A stretch of 64,000 bases of DNA from a virus (taxonomy: Duplodnaviria; Caudoviricetes). A program made the position numbers and the translations under genes. Numbering within the stretch: the first letter of the stretch is position 1; every line of letters begins with the position of its first letter. Below, piece after piece: positions 51,191 through 61,304 of this stretch. The notes beneath the pieces were generated by a model that was not told the origin of the DNA, made no database searches, and saw only the letters and a list, made by a program, of their open reading frames with translations. Location: the IMG/VR virus record IMGVR_UViG_3300031994_000022; one strand, written 5' to 3'.

Positions 51191-53236
51191 TTATCTGCCC
51201 ACTATTTTTGCTGGGCGAATTGTTAATTTATCTAAAAGATAATTTGAAGATACTTTTGGCTTCTGAAGAAGCAACTTACGTCTTTCCTCAGCCAATGCGT
51301 GTCCAAGCATACAACAAGTATAGGCACGGTCGTCATGCATTTTATTAGCTTTTTCTGGGGTTAACTCAAAAGAGTCCTTACCGGATTCCCTTTTCTTTCT
51401 CACCATATTAACCAATTCTTCTTTCAAAGCATCGATATTTGCTAAAGCAATTTTATCTTTCCAATCCAACTTTATAGTTTTAGTATTAACCGATTGTACC
51501 TTACCTAATTCTTCTTGTAATTTATCTTCAAATTCTTTTTCATTTAGTTTTTTCTTTTTTAATTCTTCAATTATTCTTCCACGTTCTTTGTCTAATTTCT
51601 TCTGGTCAATATCAAATACAGTAAGATATTCTTTATTATCATATGTACTTGTGAAACCAATCTTATCTTGATTAAGCATTTCTATTAGTGCTTCATACAT
51701 CATCGATTTAAATTTAGCCGGTTCCATAAGATGAACCTTGTCCACCGCATTTGGGAATCTACCAACATAATCAGCAGAGTATTCTTTATCTATTAATCCT
51801 CTATGAATAATACCATCAGAAGTTTCCCAATCTGGCATCAAGTAATCGGCTATGTTCACACCGCCTCCTCCCGTACCAGCATCAATCCAAATACCGACAA
51901 TATTTTCATATGCATCAGCACCAGCGTTGTAATCAAGAATCATTTGTTTTAAATATTCAATCTGATCAGGCGTTCTCATAGGACTCTTGATTCGTTTACC
52001 GACATCCAAAAGATTAACACCATTAACAATCTTTGCTCTTTTATCAATGCTTCCATCTACTTGTATAAAATCATAAAACTCAGCCACAAGTATAAATGAG
52101 TTATCCACCTTACGAGCAGGGTCATAAAATAACCCATATTTCTTATCACCAGTTTCATTACAATGAATTGGCTTTCGAGTTTCCTCATTACGAGTAATAA
52201 CACCACGTTTTACAATGGCATCCGAACCAGCTTCTGTTGTAAATTGACAGTAATACTCGCGCCTCGCCTTTTCTGGATTTGTTCTCATTTCAGATTCGAC
52301 AGTAGAGCGAGAGAGTAGTGGAGCAATAACTTCACCATGTAATGTCGGTTTGAATGCGAGTTCACAATCAATGTGAAGAACACAATAATCTGGGTCTCCC
52401 ATAATCTGACGTTTAGCAAAATCTCTATATAAAGAATAAAACTTTGTATCAGTAGAAGATGCACTACTAATATAAAACTTTTGGTTTGGTATATCTGTGG
52501 CAAACGTTCTTTGTCTAATAGGGTCAATAGAACGACCACTTGCATCTTTACCAGTCTTTAAGCTTTTATTTACAATAGCAAACGCCGAATATACATTCAT
52601 CATTTCTTCCGATAAAAAACCGCTTTCATCGAAGATTACGTTTCCTCTCATTCCTCTCTTTTTATCTATATTACTGTTGAGCGTCTGAGTCATCGACCCA
52701 TTATAGACTTCGTAATTGAATCCATTAGAAGAATGACTAAAACCATCGCCAGCTGCATTTTTGATTTTTATTTCATCTTTAAATATTTTTCCTGTAGAAC
52801 CTGCAAAGGTATCTATGTTATCATTTGCAATACGTTCGAGCGTTGTGAAAGTTTGTTCTGCCTGAGAACCAGATCCTGAAGCAATATATGTCCAATAATT
52901 ACAGAAACACATGTCCTTCATCATGGTTTCTAAATCTATAACTGTTGATTTTCCCCAACCTCGAGTCGCAACGATTAATACATTTGGACAATTCCATGAA
53001 CGCTGTACTGCTAAAGCTTGAGAATCCAAAAGTTCAATATTAAACCAAAAATCTATACCAGCTACGGGATTACATTGAAAATATTTCTGCATCATCGCAA
53101 TAGCCTGTAACGCTTCAATTTTTCTCGTAGACATAGGATAATCAATTGGCTTTACAAATATTCCATAATCTTTATAGAAATCTTTATCATATTGCAAATC
53201 ATAATCAAAACTATTCGGTGTCCATATCTGACTCAT
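51191..53236 (-). CDS. terL: Terminase large subunit
   Basis: Walker A ATRGWGKS, Walker B VIFDE, ISSA, nuclease YDPAR..DNS, IDAGTGGGG, HDDRAY. Confidence 0.9.
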   Translation of the reverse strand: MSQIWTPNSFDYDLQYDKDFYKDYGIFVKPIDYPMSTRKIEALQAIAMMQKYFQCNPVAGIDFWFNIELLDSQALAVQRSWNCPNVLIVATRGWGKSTVIDLETMMKDMCFCNYWTYIASGSGSQAEQTFTTLERIANDNIDTFAGSTGKIFKDEIKIKNAAGDGFSHSSNGFNYEVYNGSMTQTLNSNIDKKRGMRGNVIFDESGFLSEEMMNVYSAFAIVNKSLKTGKDASGRSIDPIRQRTFATDIPNQKFYISSASSTDTKFYSLYRDFAKRQIMGDPDYCVLHIDCELAFKPTLHGEVIAPLLSRSTVESEMRTNPEKARREYYCQFTTEAGSDAIVKRGVITRNEETRKPIHCNETGDKKYGLFYDPARKVDNSFILVAEFYDFIQVDGSIDKRAKIVNGVNLLDVGKRIKSPMRTPDQIEYLKQMILDYNAGADAYENIVGIWIDAGTGGGGVNIADYLMPDWETSDGIIHRGLIDKEYSADYVGRFPNAVDKVHLMEPAKFKSMMYEALIEMLNQDKIGFTSTYDNKEYLTVFDIDQKKLDKERGRIIEELKKKKLNEKEFEDKLQEELGKVQSVNTKTIKLDWKDKIALANIDALKEELVNMVRKKRESGKDSFELTPEKANKMHDDRAYTCCMLGHALAEERRKLLLQKPKVSSNYLLDKLTIRPAKIVGR

Positions 53237-54560
53237 CTACAGACACCTCCTCTTCTTCAGCAGAGAAAGGAGAGTAAAGTTCTTTTAAATTATGAAGATT
53301 AGTCGTAATATCAATATCTTGCTCCCCTAAATAATCTTTAAGATCAAGATTTTCTCTTAACAATAATCTATTTATTTCTTTAAAAGCATCTCTTTCTTTT
53401 CGTAATGTTTGATTATCAACTCTCATAGTCGCAACAATGTCTGCCCATTCAGATTCATCCAATGCTAATTGTTTCATAATAGAAGCATCAGATATTTCTT
53501 GGACTTGTTGCATACCCCGACATGTGGCAATATCAAAACCATTCACTTGTCCTTCTCGAAGATTTAAATCTTTAATTTTCTGAATTTTACCAGTCCAAGT
53601 ATTTTCACCCTTAATAGAATTCTTGCTATTTTTGAGAGAGATACAGTTTTCGCTTGCAAGTTTAGTAACGCTTAAAGTAATATTCTTTTTCATTTCTTGA
53701 AGAGCTTTAACTGTAGATATATTTTTTTCTGCATTTCTAGTGTCTTGAACTAAATCTGCAATCATATCATCTATCTGATTTATCTGTAGAAAGTTACGAA
53801 CAATACTGATGATAGATGAAGTTCTCATCATATCATCATTACCATTTTCATCAGAATCCAAGAATCCAATAAGCTGAGAATATAAAAATGGTTGGTCGGC
53901 TAACTTTTCCTTTTCAAAAGGAAGATAACCAAGCAACCTCAACGTATCATTTTTATTCTTTTCAAATTGGTCGAGTATCTCTTGATCTTTCGGAAGAGCA
54001 TCCTCAGCCATATCTTCAATGCTAAACATTCCTCCCGTATAATTATCTGACTGTCTATAAGTCAAAGTGTAATACTGAGGCATAGCCGCATTTTTAATAT
54101 AACTCGTCCACACATTAGATTTTGCTTTGCCCGTAGATTGATTAGCGGCTTCAAGCAAAGAAGAATCCCATATGGAATCTAACATTGGTTTGTCGAGAAA
54201 ATAACAAGCATCATCCACAGTTTTCTTTGTGGGTTGTTGCTTTTTTCCATTCACCGTCGGCATAGCAATGTCGGCAGCACATTGCTTGCAACCGTCCGTT
54301 ATTTGACTCGCACAGTTAGGAGCAGTAGAAGAGTAGAAATCGCTTTTCTTCTTAACTTTTCCGCAGTGCTGACAAGTATAATATTTAGAACCAACTCCAA
54401 GTATTTCTAAACATTGTAGTTGGTCTTTATCTTCTAATTTATCAAACAACTTTTGTATTTTATCTATTTGTTCTTTTATATCTTTAAGCCCGGTAATTTT
54501 GTCACTACGAGTATTTGTAGTTGACTTCTGCCCGACTTGTCTCATAGTTTTCGTAGCCAC
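53211..54560 (-). CDS. Zn-finger protein upstream of TerL (putative terminase small subunit)
   Basis: CQHC...FY...CKQC; overlaps the TerL start. Confidence 0.55.
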   Translation of the reverse strand: MATKTMRQVGQKSTTNTRSDKITGLKDIKEQIDKIQKLFDKLEDKDQLQCLEILGVGSKYYTCQHCGKVKKKSDFYSSTAPNCASQITDGCKQCAADIAMPTVNGKKQQPTKKTVDDACYFLDKPMLDSIWDSSLLEAANQSTGKAKSNVWTSYIKNAAMPQYYTLTYRQSDNYTGGMFSIEDMAEDALPKDQEILDQFEKNKNDTLRLLGYLPFEKEKLADQPFLYSQLIGFLDSDENGNDDMMRTSSIISIVRNFLQINQIDDMIADLVQDTRNAEKNISTVKALQEMKKNITLSVTKLASENCISLKNSKNSIKGENTWTGKIQKIKDLNLREGQVNGFDIATCRGMQQVQEISDASIMKQLALDESEWADIVATMRVDNQTLRKERDAFKEINRLLLRENLDLKDYLGEQDIDITTNLHNLKELYSPFSAEEEEVSVDESDMDTE

Positions 54561-54787
54561 AAATTCACCTACTTCCTTTTATTCAAAAATTAAAGTGTCA
54601 AATATTGCACGTTAATATCAAGAATCAATATTAACAAGACAAATACGACACTCTACACTTCGTCCTTAACTAATAAGGCTTATATTTTTCGCCTTTCGCA
54701 TTAAGACTTTCGAGACGCATCTCTACTTATCACATATCCGCAAATATCTGTCTTTCACTGTCTCTCCGAAGATAACAGAGGGCATTT

Positions 54788-54859
54788 TAGCAGGGGTAGG
54801 AATTGCACCCACAACCTCCGGAGCATGAATCCGGCAAACGTCTGTCGTTATGCCCTGCG
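54788..54859 (-). tRNA. Atypical tRNA-Met(CAU), initiator-like
   Basis: Acceptor GCAGGG/CCCUGC with unpaired C1; anticodon arm CCGGA-UUCAUGC-UCCGG; T-arm GUGGG-UGCAAUU-CCUAC; D-loop short and lacking GG; no encoded CCA. Confidence 0.7.
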
Positions 54860-54994
54860 TTAAAATATAGAACACATCGGCTCATTACCCCTGTACACTG
54901 GGAACACAACCGACCACTTACGGACAATACAGGTATCATCCTTTTCGCAGGCTCTCGTTCTATTTGCGTTTGCATGATTTAATGTGTTTGCTCA

Positions 54995-55065
54995 TTGAAA
55001 ATGTAGGATTCGAACCTCGCCCCTACAGCCCAAGTGTAGTGTGCTACCATTACACCACATTCTCA
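54995..55065 (-). tRNA. Atypical tRNA-Pro(UGG)-like gene
   Basis: D-arm GUGU-AAUGGUA-GCAC; anticodon arm CUACA-CUUGGGC-UGUAG; GGUUCGAAUCC T-loop with only a 3-bp T-stem; no encoded CCA. Confidence 0.65.
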
Positions 55066-55155
55066 TTAAAATGGCGTGGGGTATCTAGTATTCCCCACGC
55101 CTTATATATTAACTAGAATTATCCCCACTCTCCCTAGAGGGTGGCAGATTTGTCA

Positions 55156-56091
55156 TTATTCAACTAATGAGCCATCAGGATTAAATACATAATTCTTTAG
55201 TCCAATCCTTACCTTACCAGTTACCATATAACCGGTACTATCAAAGTAATACCACTTGCCATCAACCTTACACCATTCCTTAATCGGATACCATTGAGAT
55301 TCCACACCTTCTAACCAGTATCCTTTATTATTACATTTCCAAGCATAAGTTAATTGATCCCAAGCACCATTCTTATCTACATAATAAAGTTTTCCATCTT
55401 CGGCATAATTCTTCGACTTAATGAATTCATCAGCAGCCATATAACCCGAAGGTTTAAAATAATAATCAACTCCGTCTATAGTCTTCCAAGTGTTGACTGG
55501 ATATGTGCCATTGCTATATACATACCACCATCCATTGTCATCATTCTGCCAACCAGATTTGGATTGATTCAGTTTCTTATTAACTGCCTCACCTATCTGT
55601 CCCATACGACTATACAAATAATCGCCAGGACATGCCTTATTTGCAAAGTCACGATGAACAGTCATATTACAACCATTCTTGTGATTTATTCTATCAGATT
55701 TATTATTAGACCATATCATTTTCTGTATTCCATTTCTCTTACATATGTCTGTACATAATTCAATAAGAGAAGAGTATACAGCTGAATTAACCGCATATGG
55801 ATTTGTAGTATCTGATGCACATTCTATTGTTACAGCACGTTGATCATTTGCTTGATTTGAAGTACACTGAGATGCCTTATTTTCCTCAACATACATAGCA
55901 ATTCTTCCATCTGTACCAATTCCATAATTGGAAGAAGCTCTTGCAGAAGACTTAGAAAATATACTTCCGCAAGTCTCTACAGACAATTGCCCTACCATAC
56001 AGTGGATTGAAATAGTATCAATACTATGATTTCGTTTTCCGTATGTATTAGGAGAGAGTGCTGTGTATTTAACTAACGAACTATTACTCAT
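55156..56091 (-). CDS. Endolysin: Amidase_2 domain plus choline/cell-wall-binding repeats
   Basis: IHC, ASSNYGIG, TIEC, HR.FANKACPG; C-terminal W..(I/V)DG..YYF...GYM repeats. Confidence 0.9.
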   Translation of the reverse strand: MSNSSLVKYTALSPNTYGKRNHSIDTISIHCMVGQLSVETCGSIFSKSSARASSNYGIGTDGRIAMYVEENKASQCTSNQANDQRAVTIECASDTTNPYAVNSAVYSSLIELCTDICKRNGIQKMIWSNNKSDRINHKNGCNMTVHRDFANKACPGDYLYSRMGQIGEAVNKKLNQSKSGWQNDDNGWWYVYSNGTYPVNTWKTIDGVDYYFKPSGYMAADEFIKSKNYAEDGKLYYVDKNGAWDQLTYAWKCNNKGYWLEGVESQWYPIKEWCKVDGKWYYFDSTGYMVTGKVRIGLKNYVFNPDGSLVE

Positions 56092-56116
56092 TGTCTTACC
56101 TCCAAAAAACGTGGAG

Positions 56117-57337
56117 TTATGACAACTCCACGTTATAAATACAATCTATACCATTTTCGTCACAAACCAAAACTGTTTGATTCGGTTTGCCAGATAATCT
56201 CTTTTCTATAGTGTAATCATCTCCGGCACCAGCTATAGAACCACCTTGAATTATCTTAACTCCATTTATGTCTGTACTACTTGGGAAGTGATTATGTCCA
56301 TTCATAATAGCATATGGTATCTTACCGAGCATCATGCTGAGATTGCCAACTCCCGTTTTAGTCAGATTATCAAAGTCTCCGTGTACAGCCACATATTCTT
56401 TTCCATAAAGTTCAAACAATGAAATACCAGAGTCTATGCGATGTTCAGGTTCATCATGAACCTTGATATTATCTATATGCATAGTCATCTGCTTAACAAT
56501 CCAAGTGATAAGATTATCTAGTCTTTCATCATGGACAGCCATTTCTTTATTACTTACAAGTCTGCTGTGATTACCCGCACACTCATATATGTTTACAAAA
56601 CCAAACACATTTGCAAGCTCCACACAAAATGATGATATTACTTCGCTTGCAATCTTAATCTGTTCAATAACATTTTCTCTGTTACTGACTTGAATTGTGT
56701 TATGAATGTTTCCGCTTATTTCGTCACCTAGTAATACTACGTTTACCATTACAGAACCATGTCTGTTTCCAATCTGTATTACTTTATCTAATAGCTGCCC
56801 TAATCTATCTTTTAATATATCAGTATCATATCTGCCAAATGGATTATTAAATGTTTCCCCAGTATGTAAATCTGACAACATTACTATAAGAGAATTATCT
56901 CCATCGTTATAACAAATACTATCCGATACATCAAAATTAGCTCTACCTATTTCTTGAAGTTCTCTTTCAAGATTATCTAATTTTTCTTCTATACGTGCTT
57001 CAACACGATTTTGCTTATTCCAGCCATTACGCTCATCTCTAAATGCAACCTTGGCTCTCTCTAATTCACGCTTCTGATTATTTAGTTTTTCCGTATATTC
57101 ATCTTCGGTAAATTTACTAAACACACCAGCTTCGTAAAATCTTTTAGCTTGCTGATATGGTTTTCTGTAAGCAGAAGAGGAGCGATACTCGTCCTCGTCA
57201 TCTCTGCATTCTTTATTTATATATTCGGCTAATTCGTCCCAATCCATATCTAGAATTCCAGAGTCTTTCATCTGGGCAACTCGCCATATGTATTGTTCTT
57301 CGTTTTCATTCGGATGTCTTTTTAAACTATTCACCAA
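56117..57337 (-). CDS. Calcineurin-like metallophosphoesterase
   Basis: SDLH.G, LGD, GNH, HGD and GH.H motifs. Confidence 0.85.
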   Translation of the reverse strand: MVNSLKRHPNENEEQYIWRVAQMKDSGILDMDWDELAEYINKECRDDEDEYRSSSAYRKPYQQAKRFYEAGVFSKFTEDEYTEKLNNQKRELERAKVAFRDERNGWNKQNRVEARIEEKLDNLERELQEIGRANFDVSDSICYNDGDNSLIVMLSDLHTGETFNNPFGRYDTDILKDRLGQLLDKVIQIGNRHGSVMVNVVLLGDEISGNIHNTIQVSNRENVIEQIKIASEVISSFCVELANVFGFVNIYECAGNHSRLVSNKEMAVHDERLDNLITWIVKQMTMHIDNIKVHDEPEHRIDSGISLFELYGKEYVAVHGDFDNLTKTGVGNLSMMLGKIPYAIMNGHNHFPSSTDINGVKIIQGGSIAGAGDDYTIEKRLSGKPNQTVLVCDENGIDCIYNVELS

Positions 57338-57346
57338 ATCACCACC

Positions 57347-57535
57347 TTACCCATTAAGGTCACGATCGACCTTTGTAGATACTTTTATAGTAAACTGTGT
57401 ACCATCTTTATACGTCTTCTGAAGAAGTTCATATAAATTTACTTCAGCTCCGTCATCATCAAGAAGGGTAGTACCATCCATATAAGCATCTTTAATAGTA
57501 AGTGATTTATTTGTCGTTTCCTTTATTGTTATCAT
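57347..57535 (-). CDS. YonK-like small protein
   Basis: 62 aa; located between HU-like and phosphoesterase genes as in SPbeta. Confidence 0.5.
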   Translation of the reverse strand: MITIKETTNKSLTIKDAYMDGTTLLDDDGAEVNLYELLQKTYKDGTQFTIKVSTKVDRDLNG

Positions 57536-57668
57536 CCCTTTTATCTCCTTATTATACCTTGAGTTAAAAACGTTCCCGTTTCACCCATATGGTTCTCTTT
57601 TAAATTTTTCTCCTTAAATCACTGACGGCTTCTACCGAAGCAGAAGCCGTATTGTAATAAGGAGGTAT

Positions 57669-57926
57669 TTACGAAACAGGAGAGGTTATTTTGAAATATT
57701 TTCCAAAACGTGCTCTCGCAAACTTAACTTCATCTTTGTATGATGCTGGATATACAATAAGTCCCTTCAAAACAACTGTCTCTTTTCCTTCGTTTAGATT
57801 TTGCAAGGTAATCTTACTAGCACTATCCAATACGGCAGATATATCTCTTTTGGCGTATCCGGTATCTTTAGATATCTGCCCCACAAACTCCGGATTATTA
57901 ATCTTTTCTTTTTTCATCCTTTTCAC
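57669..57926 (-). CDS. HU/IHF-like DNA-binding protein (short arm)
   Basis: N..EFV..IS..TG..K.DI..VLD......L..G..V.L.G pattern. Confidence 0.7.
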   Translation of the reverse strand: MKRMKKEKINNPEFVGQISKDTGYAKRDISAVLDSASKITLQNLNEGKETVVLKGLIVYPASYKDEVKFARARFGKYFKITSPVS

Positions 57927-58258
57927 TCCTCGAATATTGTCATTCCTATATTTAGTCCTTTATCAGAAAGAATCTTTATGAAAGGTCTATGATCAACAAC
58001 TTCCGTTCCATCATCTAATTTACGTGTGATCTTTTTGCCTTTACATTTTTCATTCTTACATACCACGACATTAGTGCCGTATACGTATGTAGTAGGTTCT
58101 TTACAATAAGGACAGGTACCCAAAAACTTTTCTCTCTGAGATTCAAGTTTCTGTTTATCATTAGTTACTCGTTTGTACGGTTTAAGTCCAAACATTTCTT
58201 GTCCAATTTCATCGAAAGAGTAGTAGACTTTACCGCCTGTTTTTTTATCCATATCCAT
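57923..58258 (-). CDS. Zinc-ribbon hypothetical protein
   Basis: CPYC...GTNV.VC.N.KC. Confidence 0.6.
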   Translation of the reverse strand: MDMDKKTGGKVYYSFDEIGQEMFGLKPYKRVTNDKQKLESQREKFLGTCPYCKEPTTYVYGTNVVVCKNEKCKGKKITRKLDDGTEVVDHRPFIKILSDKGLNIGMTIFEE

Positions 58259-58358
58259 TTATCTCCTTTAAAATATTGGGGAGAAATTTAATTTTCTCCT
58301 TTGTCTTCATTAGATGATTAAGGAGACCCTAAAAAAATAGGGGATAAAGCCATATTTT

Positions 58359-60980
58359 TTAATCCAATTTTTCGCTTACTGGTACAGTTTTAAAGCATTT
58401 TTTAAAGGTTTTCGGGTTTAAATCATACAATATTTTAAGAAGTATTGGTCTGTTTTTACTAAGTTTTGTGTTAATAATATCTGATTGTCTCTTTACCCCA
58501 GGTGTTATCATAAACGCTCGATTAATCAACCAAGACATTAATCCAATGTATTTACTTGAAAGATTGAGTCTTCTGATATCTTCTATCATCTTGTCGTAAT
58601 CCATACGGAGCAATAACCAATCTTCATAGTCTGTATCAGAATTTTTTATAGTTGAATAATATTTTAAGGAATACTTTTCTATTAGCTCCTCTACTTGTTT
58701 GCATTTTTTCTTATAAGGTTTATCTTCATGATTAACAAAGAAATCTTGTATTGGTATAGATGGACAAGCATATCTCATTCTACCAACCTTTAGTTTGCCT
58801 ACTTCGTTCATTGGGCAAATGATATTTGGATTAATCTTACTTCTGACTTCCGGTTTTATTAACCCAAAGAAAGATGGGTAGCCAAACTCTTTAATATTAA
58901 GCTCGTTACGTATTCTTTGGATTTCCCCATGAATATCCACGTTGAAAGTTTTCTTGGCATTATCTATTGAACACTGCGCTAGTACAGCCAAGATATCAAC
59001 ATACTTTTCAAAATCCTTCCCAAATTCATTATATGTATAACTAAGTCCTACTTGCGCTACATTTGATGATTCTCCAATATCTAATTGGGTTGAAGCTATC
59101 TTGTTGTCTACTATTGCAAAGTTTTTAATATCTCGACCGTATATGTTTTTCTCCATAGGTATATTGTTATCTACGGTAGGATAGTGAGCATAACAATACT
59201 TAGCGTGCTCCACAATATTTTTCTCGTTGGTCACATATACCTGATCTGAGTCCTGGTCGCTACCATTTTCTCTAGCTTGGAAATCCGTACCAATAAGATT
59301 AACGCAGATTATCAACTTCCCTAAATTAAAATATCTATCAAAATATTCATGGTGGTGATTATGAAGATACCCCAAGTTTGCATCTGAATTGTATGGACTA
59401 CGAAATGCGGCAAGATACTCTCCGTCATCGAACCTAGCAGTCCAACATTGTATTGTCCCATCCTCATGGTCTAGTGTGGGATCCTCTAATGGATTTTCAC
59501 CAACTGAATGCATTAACATTCCATAAGGATTACCAACAATAACTAGATTATCTGCATTTTGAATTATATGCCCACTTTTTAAATCTTTTAAATAAGCACT
59601 GATAATCTTAGTACGTCTTTCTCTAAAATAGTCGCAGTTGACAAAATCAGGATTCTGCTTACATAATTCATACAATACTTCGAAATCATTTGAAAAATTC
59701 TTCCACCTTTGGAGATAATCAAAAAAAACATTGTCATCATTCTTTAACTGCTCAATGTATTCAATACTATCAGAAAGCACCTCACCCATAGTATTTATAT
59801 TAAGAGAATTAACCATCTGATAACTCATACGCTGTTTATTTCCGTGCTTACTTTTATGGGCAGTCTTAACTATACCGAACCAACAGCCATTCTCACGAAC
59901 CCTGTCTGACCAATATTCATAGGACACATCAAACTTAAGCCACTTTGTAGCCTGGTCTGTAGTGATCAATTGAATATCTTTAGCTAAATGCTCATTACCC
60001 CACATGTCTATAACAGTGGCGGTCTCATAGTCTTCGCCAAAATAATCCCGAAAGTATTTCTGTATCTTAGTACAGAACGCCGCAGCCTTAAAGAAATGAT
60101 GTCTGAGTAACACATATCCATTTCCCCATTCGGGAAATATAGATTCATCTATCAAAGCTTGTCCGTCAAATATGGTATTCTTTACCTCATAATTATCACG
60201 AGGTATTCCTTGACAATGCCCATTTTCGTCAAGCTCAATACTTAATACTTTTGTTTTGAAAAAAGAGTCCACGTCTTTAAGTATAAGAATATTCTCCGGT
60301 TTTATTTGAACCTTACCTTCAATAGAACTTGCAATAAGAGAGGAGTATGCTCCAATCTCTACTATTGGAGCATTTTTCTTCGGCAGTTTTAATCCCATCC
60401 AAAGAAAGTCGTGAGCTTTCTTCCACAAAGAGGATTTAATAAAGAGAACGGATCCCTTCTTGGCTTTTCCTGTGCTACGATAGAGCATCTTGTAATGTAC
60501 GACCTCGTAGTCGTATTGTTTTGTTTTTTTATTGTACTTCGGATATTTAATATCAACCCCATTAACATAGTGATCGATACGTATATCATCCGCAGATATC
60601 TTTTCGTATTTGTCTTTATTCTCTTCAATAATCTGAATTCGTTTTGCTAAATTATGTTTTCTATCTTCAGCTTCTTGTATTTTATGTTTGATTCCGCGAG
60701 ATTTCGCCACCTTACGTTCTATACGATTTTCTTTTATTTGTTTCCGCACACGTTTTATAGCTTCTTCGTATGAACAGCTTCCATACTTATAATCAATACA
60801 AATAATATCTCTGGTGGATTCTTCTTTCCAAAGCTTAAGCCCATTCTCCATCAAAAAATCTTTAAATAGACTATTGGTTAACATAGCCGGGGTAGTATCA
60901 TATTTAAATCTTACCCCTTGATTTACTTCGCATATAGAACCTGCTGTGTAATTAAATATTTTTATTCCATACTCCGACAT
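58359..60980 (-). CDS. yonO: YonO-type single-subunit (two-barrel) RNA polymerase
   Basis: YRS.GKAK.G, FDGQ, LRHHFFK, FRSP, catalytic NGSDQDSD, AQ.SID.AK; located at the head of the structural operon. Confidence 0.8.
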   Translation of the reverse strand: MSEYGIKIFNYTAGSICEVNQGVRFKYDTTPAMLTNSLFKDFLMENGLKLWKEESTRDIICIDYKYGSCSYEEAIKRVRKQIKENRIERKVAKSRGIKHKIQEAEDRKHNLAKRIQIIEENKDKYEKISADDIRIDHYVNGVDIKYPKYNKKTKQYDYEVVHYKMLYRSTGKAKKGSVLFIKSSLWKKAHDFLWMGLKLPKKNAPIVEIGAYSSLIASSIEGKVQIKPENILILKDVDSFFKTKVLSIELDENGHCQGIPRDNYEVKNTIFDGQALIDESIFPEWGNGYVLLRHHFFKAAAFCTKIQKYFRDYFGEDYETATVIDMWGNEHLAKDIQLITTDQATKWLKFDVSYEYWSDRVRENGCWFGIVKTAHKSKHGNKQRMSYQMVNSLNINTMGEVLSDSIEYIEQLKNDDNVFFDYLQRWKNFSNDFEVLYELCKQNPDFVNCDYFRERRTKIISAYLKDLKSGHIIQNADNLVIVGNPYGMLMHSVGENPLEDPTLDHEDGTIQCWTARFDDGEYLAAFRSPYNSDANLGYLHNHHHEYFDRYFNLGKLIICVNLIGTDFQARENGSDQDSDQVYVTNEKNIVEHAKYCYAHYPTVDNNIPMEKNIYGRDIKNFAIVDNKIASTQLDIGESSNVAQVGLSYTYNEFGKDFEKYVDILAVLAQCSIDNAKKTFNVDIHGEIQRIRNELNIKEFGYPSFFGLIKPEVRSKINPNIICPMNEVGKLKVGRMRYACPSIPIQDFFVNHEDKPYKKKCKQVEELIEKYSLKYYSTIKNSDTDYEDWLLLRMDYDKMIEDIRRLNLSSKYIGLMSWLINRAFMITPGVKRQSDIINTKLSKNRPILLKILYDLNPKTFKKCFKTVPVSEKLD

Positions 60981-61304
60981 TTAATTCTCTCCCTTGCGTG
61001 TCAGTAAATTATATAAGTCTTCTGCTGTACTAAACGGTATTGGATTACCCTCCGCATCTGTTACATCTCCCAAGTGTGTATTTCTGCCGTAATCACGTTC
61101 ATAGCAAAAATAGCTAATCCATCCATCTGCGTCGCACATTACTTCTTCCAATACAGTGATAAGAGCGTCGCTGCAATCAGGGTACTGCATAATACCCATA
61201 TCTGCGAATGGGGCAGTAGTGTGCAAGAGATCCAATACGCCCCGTTGAAAATCATCAACGGCTTGCAATGAGCGAATAGCCTTGGTGAACAAATCTTTGG
61301 TCAT
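60981..61304 (-). CDS. Hypothetical protein
   Basis: WISYF.YE.DYG...T.EDLY.LL motif; tightly packed. Confidence 0.6.
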   Translation of the reverse strand: MTKDLFTKAIRSLQAVDDFQRGVLDLLHTTAPFADMGIMQYPDCSDALITVLEEVMCDADGWISYFCYERDYGRNTHLGDVTDAEGNPIPFSTAEDLYNLLTRKGEN

